Source: Macrostomum lignano
Taxonomy: Eukaryota
Assembly (NCBI GenBank): GCA_002269645.1
Contig: NIVC01001816.1
Span: 124,001-188,000 of the forward strand
Direction: 5' to 3'
DNA: 64,000 nucleotides
Part shown: piece after piece, positions 46,226-59,083 of the stretch
Position numbering within the stretch: position 1 is the stretch's first letter
Layout: every line of letters starts with the position of its first letter
The notes under the pieces: generated by a model
Database searches by the model: none
The model's input: the letters and a program-made list of their open reading frames with translations, nothing else
What the model was told of the DNA's origin: nothing
Made by a program: the position numbers and the translations under genes

Positions 46226-49220
46226 GCGCTTCTTTTATGTTAAACATTTTGTGTTTTAAAGTGTTTTAATAAAAAAATTATTTTGCACTACTAAGATTCG
46301 AACTCAGGTCGCTACATTAGCACTCCAGTCTGTTAGCATCTAGGCTATCTCTTTTTAATTGGAGAACATGAATTGTGGCCATTATAATTCAATTCTTACA
46401 GCAAGTCAATTGAAGTAAAAAGTTATGACATAATCAATTTCTCAGTCAGCCAGTATCAGTCTCAATTTGAGTTAGCAATATGGTTACACAATTTAAATCA
46501 AGTCGTGTGTGCATTTCTTCAGCACTGTTTTGAACTTGTTGTGATGCAATCTTTATCACAATCGGAATTCAGTCAGTCAGTTTTTTCTCTAGCATTCTTA
46601 CAATGCATTTCAAGTCGAAAATTTGGCTTGACCTTTGCAAAAAAGCATGTTTTTCGAATATTTAATCCCTTTAACATTGAGCAATTTCTTAGCCAAGATG
46701 CATGTACCGTCCATGGAAAATTTCTGATCGAATGGTGCAAGTTTGAAGAAAATCGGTTGAGCCAATTTTTCTAAAATCTATCGCATAGCTAGTTAGTTAC
46801 AGACATTTCATTTTTAGTATATACGAAATCGCATACACTTAATGACTTAACACTTCTAGATTGAAGTGTTCTATCTTAGATTGACAGGGCAAACAGAATA
46901 TTCGTTTACAGTATTAACATCAGTACATGTATACGCCCCTTTTATTCAACATTATTTCATACGAAATTAAGAAATAGGCAAATAGCTAGGTCTATATCTG
47001 GCTAAGCCTAAATAAAAAAGTTATAATTATCAGTCGTCTAGACTCTTGTCTTGTAATTGTCTTTTGCCTATTGTTTTTTTGTAAAAATCGTCTCAAACCT
47101 TAATGGCAAATTTGTATTAAAAAATAGCAAAAATATGTATTAAAAAGTTGGTTAGGCCTAACTTTTTTTAATTCTAGGGGCGTAGGCTAGGTTCAGGGAT
47201 TGCAATCCCAGGATTTGGGTTACACCAAATTCATCAATATCTAATTAATTTGTCAACAGACTTAAAATAAGAAATTGACTGATTTGTCAACAGCTAAAAC
47301 AAGCTAAGGGAATTCATCAACAACAAGACAGACAGACTTGCTATAAAGTTTATTCCTTAATGCAATAACTGTAAATTTCTGTAATTCAATGAGCAAAATA
47401 TTGCCAAAGACTTCCATAAGACTTTATGAATATGCATTTTAAATGCTCTTATGCATACACAATTCAAAATCTAAAAAATGGGGCAATCAATAACAACAAC
47501 AACAATAACAAAATATGCGACCCCACACGCATAGTCACAGTTAGAGCAGGGCATGTCAGATGGCATGCTGCAGAGCCTGGGAACAAACAAAGTCCACTCT
47601 GTTGGTAGTGTTGGGTGCCCCAGAGTGGCAGAGTAGGCAGTCCATGGACCATGTATTGACAGGTTTAGGCCTGACCCTGCCTGAATGGACCCTGCAAGGT
47701 GAGCAGTAGGACATCTTAAATAGGTTGGGGACAGAAGCCCTTGGCCCAGATCACATGACCTGCCAATTGAAGTTGCCACCAGCGCAGAATGATAGATGGG
47801 CTCTGCAACTTGGCCTGATTGGGTAGGCCAGTAGCGGGCCATAGTTTAGATCATATATTAGTGTATGCCTCATTTGTGGTATTGCAATGCACCAAATAAC
47901 CTTTTTTGGTCTCTCATTTTGTCTACTAGGGGGCAAGGGGGTGACCACCCAACCCCCCTCCCCTAACTAGAGATATGCCACCATTGGCAACCTAGGATTT
48001 GGGGTCCCAAATCCTAGGACAAATTTTTGTTATTATTTTTATAAAAAGTGTTATAATATAAATAAAATTAGTTTATTAGGCCCCCCTATACTATGATAAT
48101 TTCTATTAATTGCCTCATATGGTATGGGACCTTTTTAAACCCCATATTACAAATTAAATGTGTAAAATTTATTTTAGTATAAATTTTGATACATTATATG
48201 CTTCCTTATTACTAATACTTTAATATTACTTACCTTAATATATCACAAGATGATGCTATATTTTATCTCCAAATAGATCATAGGCTTTATAAAAATACAA
48301 TAGAAGCAAAAAATGTTTAGCACATATTTTGCCTGGCTTAAAATTCCAACTTAGGATTGAATGCTAGGATTGGCCAAATTCTAAGATTAAATCCTAGGAT
48401 CTAATGATTGGTAAAGTTTAGGATTTTGCAATCCTTAGGCCTAGCCTAGGCCAAATTTTGAAAGTAAAGTGTCTTTACTCATATAATCAAGCTCTTAGTC
48501 TTAGGCCTAGTCTAGTCTAGGCAGTAGGCCCTATTCAGTATTCTATTATATTATATCAAGACAAGATACTGTAGTTTTTGAACTTTTAAAATTCAAAATC
48601 TCATTGAAGCCCTTTCCTCCTAATATTATTATTAATATTAGCATTGATAGATAGGCCACAAGGCCTAGAAACTAGAATAGTATAAATAGGCCTACTAGAT
48701 ATTAATTAAGTCTAGGAATAATCCCAAATCTCAATTGAATTTTGATTGTCTCAAAGGAACAAAAATAATGTGATGTTTTCTGACATTTATTATAGATTTA
48801 GATTTAACCTTTGACTTTAGTTGGTTATAGTTACCATATTGCAGATTGTTATATATACACAGGAAAATACTCTGCTATCTAGTAAAGTATATGCCAATAA
48901 AGTATAGGCCTATTAATTAGGTGTTCTAGTAAATTGTATGCCAATAAAATTGTGTGATTAACAAGCATAAAAACAATTCAACAAGCAATAGACCTAGCAA
49001 ATAGTTGCTGCAGAATAATAAAACCTAAATCATTTCAAAATAACAAAAATTAATAAAACAAAATAGTTTTGTGTATTATTGATTTGAATACATTCTTTAC
49101 TAGTAACTGTAAAAAATTGTCTATTCTTTAAAAAGCTAACTTATTGTCATATTTGAGAAAGTAACTTTATTATAGCAAAGGGTTGTTTAGTATAATTTAT
49201 GCAATGATGTTAAATTCTTC

Positions 49221-49518
49221 CATACATGCGCAACCTCCGAAATTCGGTCGGCCATGCGACTTAGTTTTAACAAAAATGCGACGTAGTTTTTGGCCCAAAA
49301 TGCGACTTACATGTAAAAAAACCCTAAAGCAAAATAAACGCAACTTTGGGTAAACGGCAGGAGTAACTATGACTGTTTTATTAAGCTAAAATGCCTCGTC
49401 AGCTACTTAGTACTACTCTTCAGGTTATTTTTTGGGTGGGCATTTTTGCGACTTCCTTGATTGGCCGCCAAATCGGTCGGCCGAATCGGCCGACTCGGCC
49501 GACTGTTGCGCATGTATG
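49221..49518. mobile_element. 298-bp MITE, hAT-type
   Basis: Perfect 14-bp TIRs CATACATGCGCAAC / GTTGCGCATGTATG; 8-bp TSD AATTCTTC at 49213-49220 and 49519-49526; subterminal CGGCCGA and ATGCGAC repeats. Confidence 0.9.
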
Positions 49519-50376
49519 AATTCTTCTATGCTTTTGTATGCTGCATCATAAGCTTGAATAAATATAGTTAAGAGTTGTAAGCCAATGATTGTGCTAAAAT
49601 GAATTTGTATTTTTTCTTTGTATACCAAATGTATATTAGCCAAAGCATTTGTATTCCAGAATTTTCCAGCATATACTATACCTGCAATATGGTATAGTTA
49701 TAGAAACACATACTTTCTATATCTAGTTACAAGTACTATTTTAACACTAATAGGATAAAACTAATAGGATAAAAAACAAAATTTGTTGATATCTGAATAA
49801 AAGCCATCAGATATTTGCCTAGACTACAGAATTTTAGGAAATTCTAGATTCATAGAATAATTACTTAAAACATTTTAATTATAATTCATAAGTGAAAAAC
49901 TTTTTATGATATCATTTTTAGTATTTTTGGTAAATATATAGCCAGTTTATTTTGCTTTTATTAAAAAATCTCATTTTAATTTTCTAATAATCATCAAAAT
50001 GAGAAAAGATATATCCCTATCTCCCCTCCTAGCTAAACTACTATTTAAGTATTTCTTATTTTGTTCTATTAGTATTCATATTCTATATCATATTGCAAAC
50101 TGTTAAAAGCTAGAAAGTATTTAGCTATCTAGTAAAAAATATGCCAATGCCAATAAAGTAAGTCAATTAAGTGTAGAGTTCTGCTATAGCTATGGATATG
50201 GCTATAGGAAGTTATAGATAGAGATTTTTTGGCAAAGCATAATATGGATACAAGTAATGTTTATAGTTATGGCAACATACCTAGTTTATGTATCTAGTAA
50301 TTGAGAATTGAAAGACCATTGTAGCTATTAATTTAATAGGGTTACAGTAGTTGAAATAAATGAATATTTATAGTTT

Positions 50377-50573
50377 TGTAAGACCGTGGGTTGAATTGCA
50401 GTGAATAACAAAACGTGAGGAGACCTCACTGGCTCACGCCAATATATTTAATGCCAAAGTTGGGGTGGGTGTAACCACCCTAAGAACGCACACGCTGCAG
50501 CGCTAAAACCTCAACCCCCAAACCAGCCAGACGTGCACATTTAAGTGCACGCGCACCAACAAGCCAGCCTACA
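50377..50573 (-). mobile_element. 3' LTR (197 bp) of Ty3/Gypsy element
   Basis: TGTA...TACA termini. On the minus strand it is preceded by the polypurine tract AGGGGGAAAG-TAG just after the pol end, and it contains ATTAAA. Confidence 0.8.
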
Positions 50574-52626
50574 CTACTTTCCCCCTAGAAGCAAAAGACA
50601 GTTCCAGAGTCAAGCAAAGCCCGCCATGTACAAGTCAGGTGGCCGCCGCTCTCTCGCCGACCGCCGCGGAATCGTGACCAACTCGGCCGGTGCCGCCGGC
50701 TGCTCCTCTGGTGCCTCGTCTGCCTGCAGCTCGGGCCAGGTCACCGCGTCGCCGCCAGGATCGACCGCCTGCCTGGGGGGCTCAGCGGCGGTGCCGTCGT
50801 TGTCGGAGTCGGCGGCTGGTGGTCTGCTGCGGCCGGAAGCTCCAGTGACGCCCGCCGCTGCACGAAGCGCTTGAGGTGGTCGTGGTGCACCACCAGCCGG
50901 CGCCTCAGGACTCGGTACGGCCCCTTCCACTTGGCGCTCAGGCACCGCGTCTGGCCGCGCTTGACGAGCAGCATCACGAGCTGGCCCTCTTCGAACGGCA
51001 CGAACCGAGAGTCCTGGTTGGCCAGCCGGTTGCGCTCGACCTGGGCGCTCCGCAGTCGGCCGTGCACCGTGTCGAAAGCGCTCTGCAGGTTCTCCTGAGT
51101 CCGCCGCAGGAAGCCGTGATGTCCACCGTCGGCTGCCGGCCGGTCGCCGCTTATCAGCCAGCTGTCGAGATCCAGCCTCAGTGGCCAGCCGTGGAGGACC
51201 TGGTACGGACTGAGGCCGGTGTTGCTGTGCACGGAGGTGTTGTAGGCCCAGGTCACATACGGCAGCTTGCTGTCCCAATCCTGCTGGTTCTCGGCCACCG
51301 TCGTCGCCAGCATATCGCCGAGCGTCCGGTTGCCTCGCTCGACGATTCCGTTGCCACTCGGATGAAACGGCGACGTGCGCGTCTTTTCAACGCCCAGCTG
51401 CTCGCAGAGCCGGCCAAACACCTCGCTCTAGAATTGCCGTCCCTGGTCACTGTGCAGCACCTGAGGAGCGCCGTGACGCAGAACCACCGACTTGAGCAGT
51501 GCATCCGCCACCGTCACCGCGTCGATCGCCGCCAGGGCTGCCGTCTCTGGTCTCCATCCACTTTGAAAAGGCGTCGCACATGCTCAGGATGTACGCCTTG
51601 CCATCAGTCGTACGCGGAAGCGGCCCTTTGATGTCGATCTGCACCAGCTGCCACGGAGCCGTCGGCTGGCACGTCGATTGTAGCGGCGCCTTCTGCGGCT
51701 TGGTTGGACTCTTCTTGGCGAGGCAGACCGCGCAGCTGGCCACCCAGTTTTCGACGTCCCGTCGCAGACCAGGCCACCAGCAGCGCTCAGACAATCTCGC
51801 TCCGGTCCTGTCGACGTCTAGATGTCCGCTCTGGTCGCACGAGTGCGCCTGCTGCAGGAAATGTGGCCGCAGGTGACCGGGAATGACTGGCCGGCCACCC
51901 ACCAGCCGGACACCCGCCGAGCTCACCGAGGCCTCGTCCAGCAGCTCGCGAACCTGCGCCGCCCATGAATCGGACAGGCTGTCAATCCCTTCGGTCAGCG
52001 CCTGGAACGCCTTGCTCAGCAGCGGGTCTTGCAGTTGCTCCTCATGCAGGCGGCTGTCGTCCCACCGAGGCTGCAGGCGCGTGCCGGCCATCCGGCTCAG
52101 CGCATCCGGAACGACGTTGTCCCTGCCAGGCCGGTACAGCAGCTTGAACGAAAACTGCTGCAGCGTAGAAAGCCATCGCGCCAGCCGACCTTCGGGGTCC
52201 TTCTTTGTCAGCAGACCTTGCAGTGGCCGGTGGTCCGAGTAGACTGAAGCTCGGGACACTCAGCAGGTACGTCCTGAAGTGCTTCAGACTCCAGACCAGC
52301 GCCAGCAGCTCGCGGTCGGTCGCCGAGTAGTTGCGCTCGGCCTTGTTGAGGGTGCGGGAGGCGAACGCCACAGGCAGCGCAGCTGAGCACGAACTGCTTG
52401 GTAAAATCCGGCAGCCTCAGCACCGGAGCCGTCGTCAGCCGGTCCTTCAACTCGCGGAACGCTCGCTCGCAGTCGCTGCTCCACGCGAAGTCCCTCGATT
52501 TCACGCTGACGTCGTGCAGGACCCTCGCCGTCTGGCTGAAGCCTGGGATAAACCGACGGTAGAACCCCAGCATTCCAAGAAACCGCTTCACCTCCTCGGT
52601 CGTCGTTGGGCTGGGCATGCTGCATG
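50574..52626 (-). pseudogene. 5'-truncated, disrupted Ty3/Gypsy pol (RT end, RNase H, integrase, GPY/F)
   Basis: [56 protein letters not shown] (AH..GHL..WWPGL...C..C), PWQLVQIDIKGP, FHPSGNGIVERGNRTL, KWKGPYRV, in RT-RH-IN order. There are frameshifts near 52245 and 51545, a TAG near 51428, and apparent internal deletions near 52375 and 50880. Confidence 0.93.
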
Positions 52627-53784
52627 AATAGGGTTACAGTAGTTGCAATAAATGAATATTTATAGTTTCATATTGAAAGAGTCCCTGGAAGTTTCAAAGT
52701 CCCTAGAAGTTGGGACTCTAGCATTAGCATATATTGTTAATGCCATTTCCACATTTTGGTTGGGTGGTAGGAGCTAAATTTAACATGAAAGTTTTCACTT
52801 TTAAAGGGGAGCTCTTAAGTCACTTCAATGATTTAAAGACTTTAACTTAGCAATGGAAAATTTCAATGCATAAGATTGAAGAAAAAATATTTATTAGTTT
52901 TAAAGCAAATCCTAGGCAATTTCTTCAACAATTTTGGCATGGCCCTAACAGATAATAGTAAATGCTAAGCCTGCCAACTTTGCAAATCAAGGGTATGGTC
53001 AGACTGCCAAGTTTGTACTGTGGATTCATAGTTATATAGAAGCTCTCTGCATTAGCCTTTAGACAGTCTTTTTGTCATGGCTCAATTGAAAAAAGCATAG
53101 ACTGGTTTGCTAAATTAACTGTACAAGATAGAATCATTGTACATGGGAATTAGTGTTGTGTTTTATGCACTTATTTAGTGTTGAGCCAAAGGCTATTATC
53201 AAAAGAGCATAGCTTAAGTTGAATGTATATTTTGTTTAATGCATATTCTATGGTTTAAGGATATATGTCAAGGCAAGCCTTTATAGAGTCAGTCAGTAGC
53301 TGTTTAGGACAGACAAATAAGTTAACACTGGGACGACAACTTGGAATAAAGTTACCTTAGTACATTGGAATTGGATCGGTATACAACAATTAGCCAAGCC
53401 CATTCTTGGATGGAATACTCAGCTGGACCCTAGACAGAGGCATTGTTAAAGAGAAATATTAGAATAGTTTCAGATAATGATCAATTGTCACAAGACCTCT
53501 GACACCATATAAAAAAACTAATAATTAGCACTGGGTTTCCCTACTGATTATTAAATTGCTTGCTAATAGTATTAAATGTATTGAAATAGCTATAATTGTT
53601 TTATTTCAAGGAATAAAAGCAATAAGGAAGATCAGTATATAGGATGTACAGAAACAGCTATAGTTGTTGATTTAAAAAATGATTATTGTACTTTTGTTTA
53701 TGTGCTAAGTTATAAGCACTTTTATTTATCAAAATTTTAAGGAAAAGTCAATATTAGTTTGTTTAACTTTCTAATTTATTTCAG

Positions 53785-56700
53785 AAACTCTGCCAGTTCT
53801 GCAATGGTGAGGTGGCCAGAGCCACTCTGTCGCACGATAAGGCCTGCTTAGATTGCGGCGCAGTGCAAGACCAGGCTGTTAAAGTTGATTCAGCCACTGG
53901 GGCAACAGTTTTAATGGGTAGTTGCGAGCTTGTCACCGATCCAGATGCCGTTGGTGGAGCGCCGTTTGATACTGAAGGCGTTGCATTTGCTCAGGTAACT
54001 CATTTGTTTAATGGTGTCAGTAGCTGACCTGATTCAGGTTAGGTTTTGGGTTTTGGTTTAAATTATGCTTTAGGTTAAGATTTAGGTTAGGGTTGAGGTT
54101 AGGTTTAGATTAGGTTTAGATTAGGTTTTAGATTAGGGTTTAGATTAGGGTTTAGAATGGGGTCTAGGTCAGGTTTTAGGTTAGGGTTTAGATTTGGTTT
54201 TAGATTAGGGTTTAGGTCAGGTTTTAGGTTAGGGTTTAGATTTGGTTTTAGATTAGGGTTTAGGTCAGGTTTTAGGTTAGGGTTTAGATTTGGTTTTAGA
54301 TTAGGGTTTAGGTCAGGTTTTAGGTAAGGTTTAGATTTGGTTTTAGATTAGGGTTTAGATCAGGTTTTAGGTTAGGGTTTAGATTTGGTTTTAGAATAGG
54401 GTCTAGGTCAGGTTTTAGGTTAGGGTTTAGATTTGGTTTTAGATTACGGTTTAGGTCAAGTTTTAGGTTAGGGTTTAGATTTGGTTTTAGATTAGGGTTT
54501 AGGTCAGGTTTTAGGTTAGGGTTTAGATTTGGTTTTAGATTAGGGTCTAGGTCAGGTTTTAGGTTAGGGTTTAGATTTGGTTTTAGATTAGGGTTTAGGT
54601 CAGGTTTTAGGTTAGGGTTTAGATTTGGTTTTAGATTAGGGTCTAGGTCAGGTTTTAGGTTAGGGTTTAGATTTGGTTTTAGAATAGGGTCTAGGTCAGG
54701 TTTTAGGTTAGGGTTTAGATTTGGTTTTAGATTACGGTTTAGGTCAAGTTTTAGGTTAGGGTTTAGATTTGGTTTTAGATTAGGGTTTACGTCAGGTTTT
54801 AGGTTAGGGTTTAGATTTGGTTTTAGAATAGGGTCTAGGTCAGGTTTTAGGTTAGGGTTTAGATTTGGTTTTAGATTAGGGTTTAGGTCAGGTTTTAGGT
54901 TAGGGTTTAGATTTGGTTTTAGATTAGGGTCTAGGTCAGGTTTTAGGTTAGGGTTTAGATTTGGTTTTAGAATAGGGTCTAGGTCAGGTTTTAGGTTAGG
55001 GTTTAGATTTGGTTTTAGATTACGGTTTAGGTCAAGTTTTAGGTTAGGGTTTAGATTTGGTTTTAGATTAGGGTTTACGTCAGGTTTTAGGTTAGGGTTT
55101 AGATTTGGTTTTAGAATAGGGTCTAGGTCAGGTTTTAGGTTAGGGTTTAGATTTGGTTTTAGATTAGGGTCTAGGTCAGGTTTTAGGTTAGGGTTTTGAT
55201 TAGGTTTTAATGTTACGGTTTACCGTAGATAAAGTTTTAAGTTAGGGTCTTGCTTTGGGTTCAATTGAATTTAGTTAAAAGTTTAGGTTAGGGTTTATAT
55301 TTTAGATAGACTTGGATTTAATATTAGGGTTAGCAGTGTCACATTCTGGCAGTCAGTTGTCGTAGACGAGGAACTAATGATCTGTAATTCAGTCCAGTGC
55401 TGTCTGGCCTATACTATATCAATCTCAAATTCCAACTACCAGGCCCGGTCTCGAGTGGCTCTGGCTCGCTGCTTGGGTGTATCTAATGTAAACTCAAATG
55501 CTAATCGTGCAACAACAACTACTACTGATAGTAATAAGCTGTTGCTTCGAACGCCGCTTGGTCGCAGGATGTCTCGCAGGCTGGTTGGCCTGTCGCAAAC
55601 GCTCGGCATTCGCAATCAAAGCGATTTAGACCGGATTCGCCTGGCGCTCGGACAGTTATTGGCCGAGAAGCCGAATATTCGAGAGTCCGGCCTGCGTGGC
55701 AAGTTAGCCTGCGTATTGCACCTGCTGTGTCCGGGGGTTAGTCTGGCAAAAGCTAAGCTTGTATGCCAGGCGCCTTCTTGCGCCAGTCTGAAAATTATGG
55801 AGTCTGTTAAACGTTCTCTAGTTGAACGCGGCTGGAACCTGACTGGAGGGTCCGCTGCGGCTTTTCTATGTGAAAATAATGATGTAAGTGGCAAATCTTG
55901 CTAGTTAATGTACGTTTGAGGCAACAATTTAATCAAGAGAGCATTGAGAAAGGAAATCCAGTTAATGTACATCCAGATATTGGGGTAGGAAATCCACTTA
56001 ATGTACATCCAGATATTAGGGTAGGAAATCCACTTAATGTACATCCAGATATTGGGGTAGGAAATCTCGTTAATGTACATCCAGATATTAGGGTAGGAAA
56101 TCCACTTAATGTACATCCAGATATTGATGTAGGAAATCCCGTTAATGTACATCCAGATATTGGGGTAGGAAATCCACTTAATGTACATCCAGATATTAGG
56201 GTAGGAAATCCCGTTAATGTACATCCAGATGTTGGGGTAGGAAATCCCGTTAATGTACATCCAGATATTAGGGTAGGAAATCCACTTAATGTACATCCAG
56301 ATATTGGGGTAGGAAATCCACTTAATGTACATCCAGATATTGGGGTAGGAAATCTAGTTAATGTACATTGAGATGGGGGTAGGATATCCAGTTAATGTAC
56401 ATTGGGATGGGGATAGGAAATCCAGTTAATGTACATTGGGATGAGGGTAGGAAATCCAGTTAATGTACATTGGGATGGGGGTAGGAAATCCAGTTAATGT
56501 ACATTGGGATGGGGGTAGGAAATCCACTTAATGTACATCCAGATATTGATGTAGGAAATCCCGTTAATGTACATCCAGATATTGGGGTAGGAAATCCACT
56601 TAATGTACATCCAGATATTAGGGTAGGAAATCCCGTTAATGTACATCCAGATGTTGGGGTAGGAAATCCCGTTAATGTACATCCAGATATTGGGGTAGGA

Positions 56701-57567
56701 AATCCACTTAATGTACATCCAGATATTAGGGTAGGAAATCCCGTTAATGTACATCCAGATGTTGGGGTAGGAAATCCCGTTAATGTACATCCAGATATTA
56801 GGGTAGGAAATCCACTTAATGTACATCCAGATATTGGGGTAGGAAATCCACTTAATGTACATCCAGATATTGGGGTAGGAAATCTAATTAATGTACATTG
56901 AGATGGGGGTAGGAAATCCAGTTAATGTACATTGGGATGGGGATAGGAAATCCAGTTAATGTACATTGGGATGGGGGTAGGAAATCCAGTTAATGTACAT
57001 TGGGATGGGGGTAGGAAATCCAGTTAATGTACATTGGGATGGGGGTAGGAAATCCAGTGAATGTACATTGGGATGGGGGTAGGAAATCCAGTCAATGTAC
57101 ATTGGGATAATCGATGCAATGTACATGAAGTGCATTCTCACCCACCACTCCAGAACGCATTCTACTCTCTGCTATCGCCCGATGGCGCTGCTCGTTACGC
57201 CAGCTCAGAAGTGGCAGCGGACGCGGCCGCACTGACGGACACTCTGGCATCGTCTTGGCGAGCCAGCAGCATTGCTAGATCACGCCTGCGACGACTCGGC
57301 CTTTACTTGGCTCTGATGAAGCACGGTCTGACTAAAGGCGAGATTCTGACAGCTCTAGCCGGGCCGATCAACCAGCGGGATCTTCATTTATTTTCTGAGG
57401 CCAAAGAGCAGGCTTTGAGACTGTTGCGCCTGCATCCGCTGTTGCAGCATCGCGCAGACTTGACCGAAGCTCAACTGCATCGCTACCTGCAGGATCTCAT
57501 CGATTGGAGGCAGCGGCTTGTGAAGGAACGACTGGCGCTGGTTGGCGATGCCGATTGCCCCCTGTAG
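53785..57567 (+). CDS. Divergent TFIIB-related factor (BRF2-like); start exon not identified
   Basis: Exons 53785-53994 (LCQFCNG...ACLDCGAV, zinc-ribbon spacing), ~55539-55883 (helical, LACVLHLLC) and 57154-57567 (W...LYLA; DLTEAQLHRYL resembling the BRF homology-II motif) are GT-AG and all phase 0. The gene model is fairly secure; the family call is inference from recalled motifs. Confidence 0.55.
54030..55330. repeat. 48-bp satellite built from telomere-like hexamers, intronic
   Basis: Unit TTAGGG TTTAGG TCAGGT TTTAGG TTAGGG TTTAGA TTTGGT TTTAGA with degenerate flanks. Confidence 0.92.
55948..57105. repeat. 36-bp minisatellite (two variant blocks, duplicated), intronic
   Basis: Unit GTAGGAAATCCACTTAATGTACATCCAGATATTGGG; 12-aa periodic ORFs (GNPLNVHPDIGV). 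Confidence 0.95.
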
Positions 57568-58195
57568 CGAAATTTACAATGTCCTAACTAAACTACTTAC
57601 TACGTGCTTGTAAGTAGAAATTTAAGTTTTTTATCCTCTAATCTGAGAAAATAACAACAAAATGTCTGTTTCTACTTATTCAGTAGCTGCGATAGGAAAT
57701 ATGATCAAATCATAATTTTTTTTCCTCATAATTGAAAATTTTTATATGCTACTTGCACTACTTACCGCTTCTAAGTGAGTAAAATTGTACATACTTTGTT
57801 CTCAGCTTGTTCTTAAACTAGTTAATTCCGATATCTATTTGCATTTAAATAATGATTTTAGAGTTTTTTGTCATATGTTCTGTACTATTACTTTGGTATT
57901 AATTTCATGTTGGGCATGTAAAGTTACGCTCAGCAATTAACCACTTCTCTCTGCATTCAACTTTTTAAATAATGCGCTCGACACCGCAAGTTACACCGAC
58001 TATAATATATCAAGTGCTGCTTTTTTACTACTTACAGTAGCGTATTCGACTCCTGTTGGTTTCTTAATTGAAATTTCGAAATATTCTTAGTCATAGGTGC
58101 TCTGTCTGCTTATTGGTATGATCTGCTCCTGGAAAATGTCAAGCAGTTTGGCTCTTGCTTTCAGTTCAATACGACTTTGGGACTAGGCTAGGCTA

Positions 58196-59017
58196 ACCAA
58201 TCAGTGAAATCCCAATCAGTGAAATCCCAATCAGTAGAATCCCAATCAGTGAAATCCCAATCGGTGAAATCCCAATCAGTGGAATCCCACTCAGTGGAAT
58301 CCCAATCAGTGCAATTTTCTCAGTGGAATCCCAATCAGTCAAATCCCAATCAGTGAAATCCCAATCAGTGAAATCCAAATCAGTCAAATCCCAATCGGTG
58401 GAGTCCCAATCGGTGGAGTCCCAATCAGTAAATCAGTGAAATCCCAGTCAGTGGAGTCCCAATCGGTGGATTCCCAATCGGTGGATTCCCAATCAGTGGA
58501 ATCCCAATCAGTGGAATCCCAATCAGTGGAATCCTCTCAGTGAAATCCAAATCAGTGGAGTCCCAATCGGTGAAATCCCAGTCAGTGGAGTCCCAATCGG
58601 TGGATTCCCAATCAGTAAATCAGTGAAATCCCAGTCAGTGGAGTCCCAATCGGTGGATTCCCAATCAGTGAAATCCCAATCAGTGGAATCCCAATCAGTG
58701 GAATCCCAATCAGTGGAATCCTCTCAGTGAAATCCAAATCAGTGGAGTCCCAATCGGTGAAATCCCAGTCAGTGGAGTCCCAATCGGTGGAGTCCCAATC
58801 GGTGGAGTTCCAATCAGTGGAATCCCAATCAGTAAATCAGTGAAATCCCAGTCAGTGGAGTCCCAATCGGTGGAGTCCCAATCGGTGGAGTCCCAATCAG
58901 TGGAATCCCAATCAGTGAAATCCCAATCAGTCAAATCCCAATCAGTCAAATCCCAATCAGTGGAATCCCAATCAGTGGAATCCCAATCAGTGGAATCCCA
59001 ATCAGTGGAATCCAACT
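58196..59017. repeat. 15-bp minisatellite
   Basis: Unit CCAATCAGTGGAATC. Confidence 0.95.
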
Positions 59018-59083
59018 CAATGAAAGTGTTTATAAAGAGAATTTTTTAGAGACTGACTAATTCCAATTTCCAGAACAAAGGTC

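Larger units (their letters stand above)
43919..46826 (-). mobile_element. Non-autonomous Helitron-like unit D with two different satellites
   Basis: Minus strand starts TCGTATATACTAAAAATG and ends CCCCCAATGGGGGGCGAAGATTGCTAG. Shares the ~400-bp 5' block with A and B. Confidence 0.72.

Noticed and set aside
47195-48440. Candidate TIR element bounded by GGGATTGCAATCCC and TTGCAATCCT
   Set aside because: The match is short and partly due to a palindrome, and I found no TSD.
54030-55330. True chromosome end
   Set aside because: The repeats are degenerate, intronic and flanked by genes on both sides.
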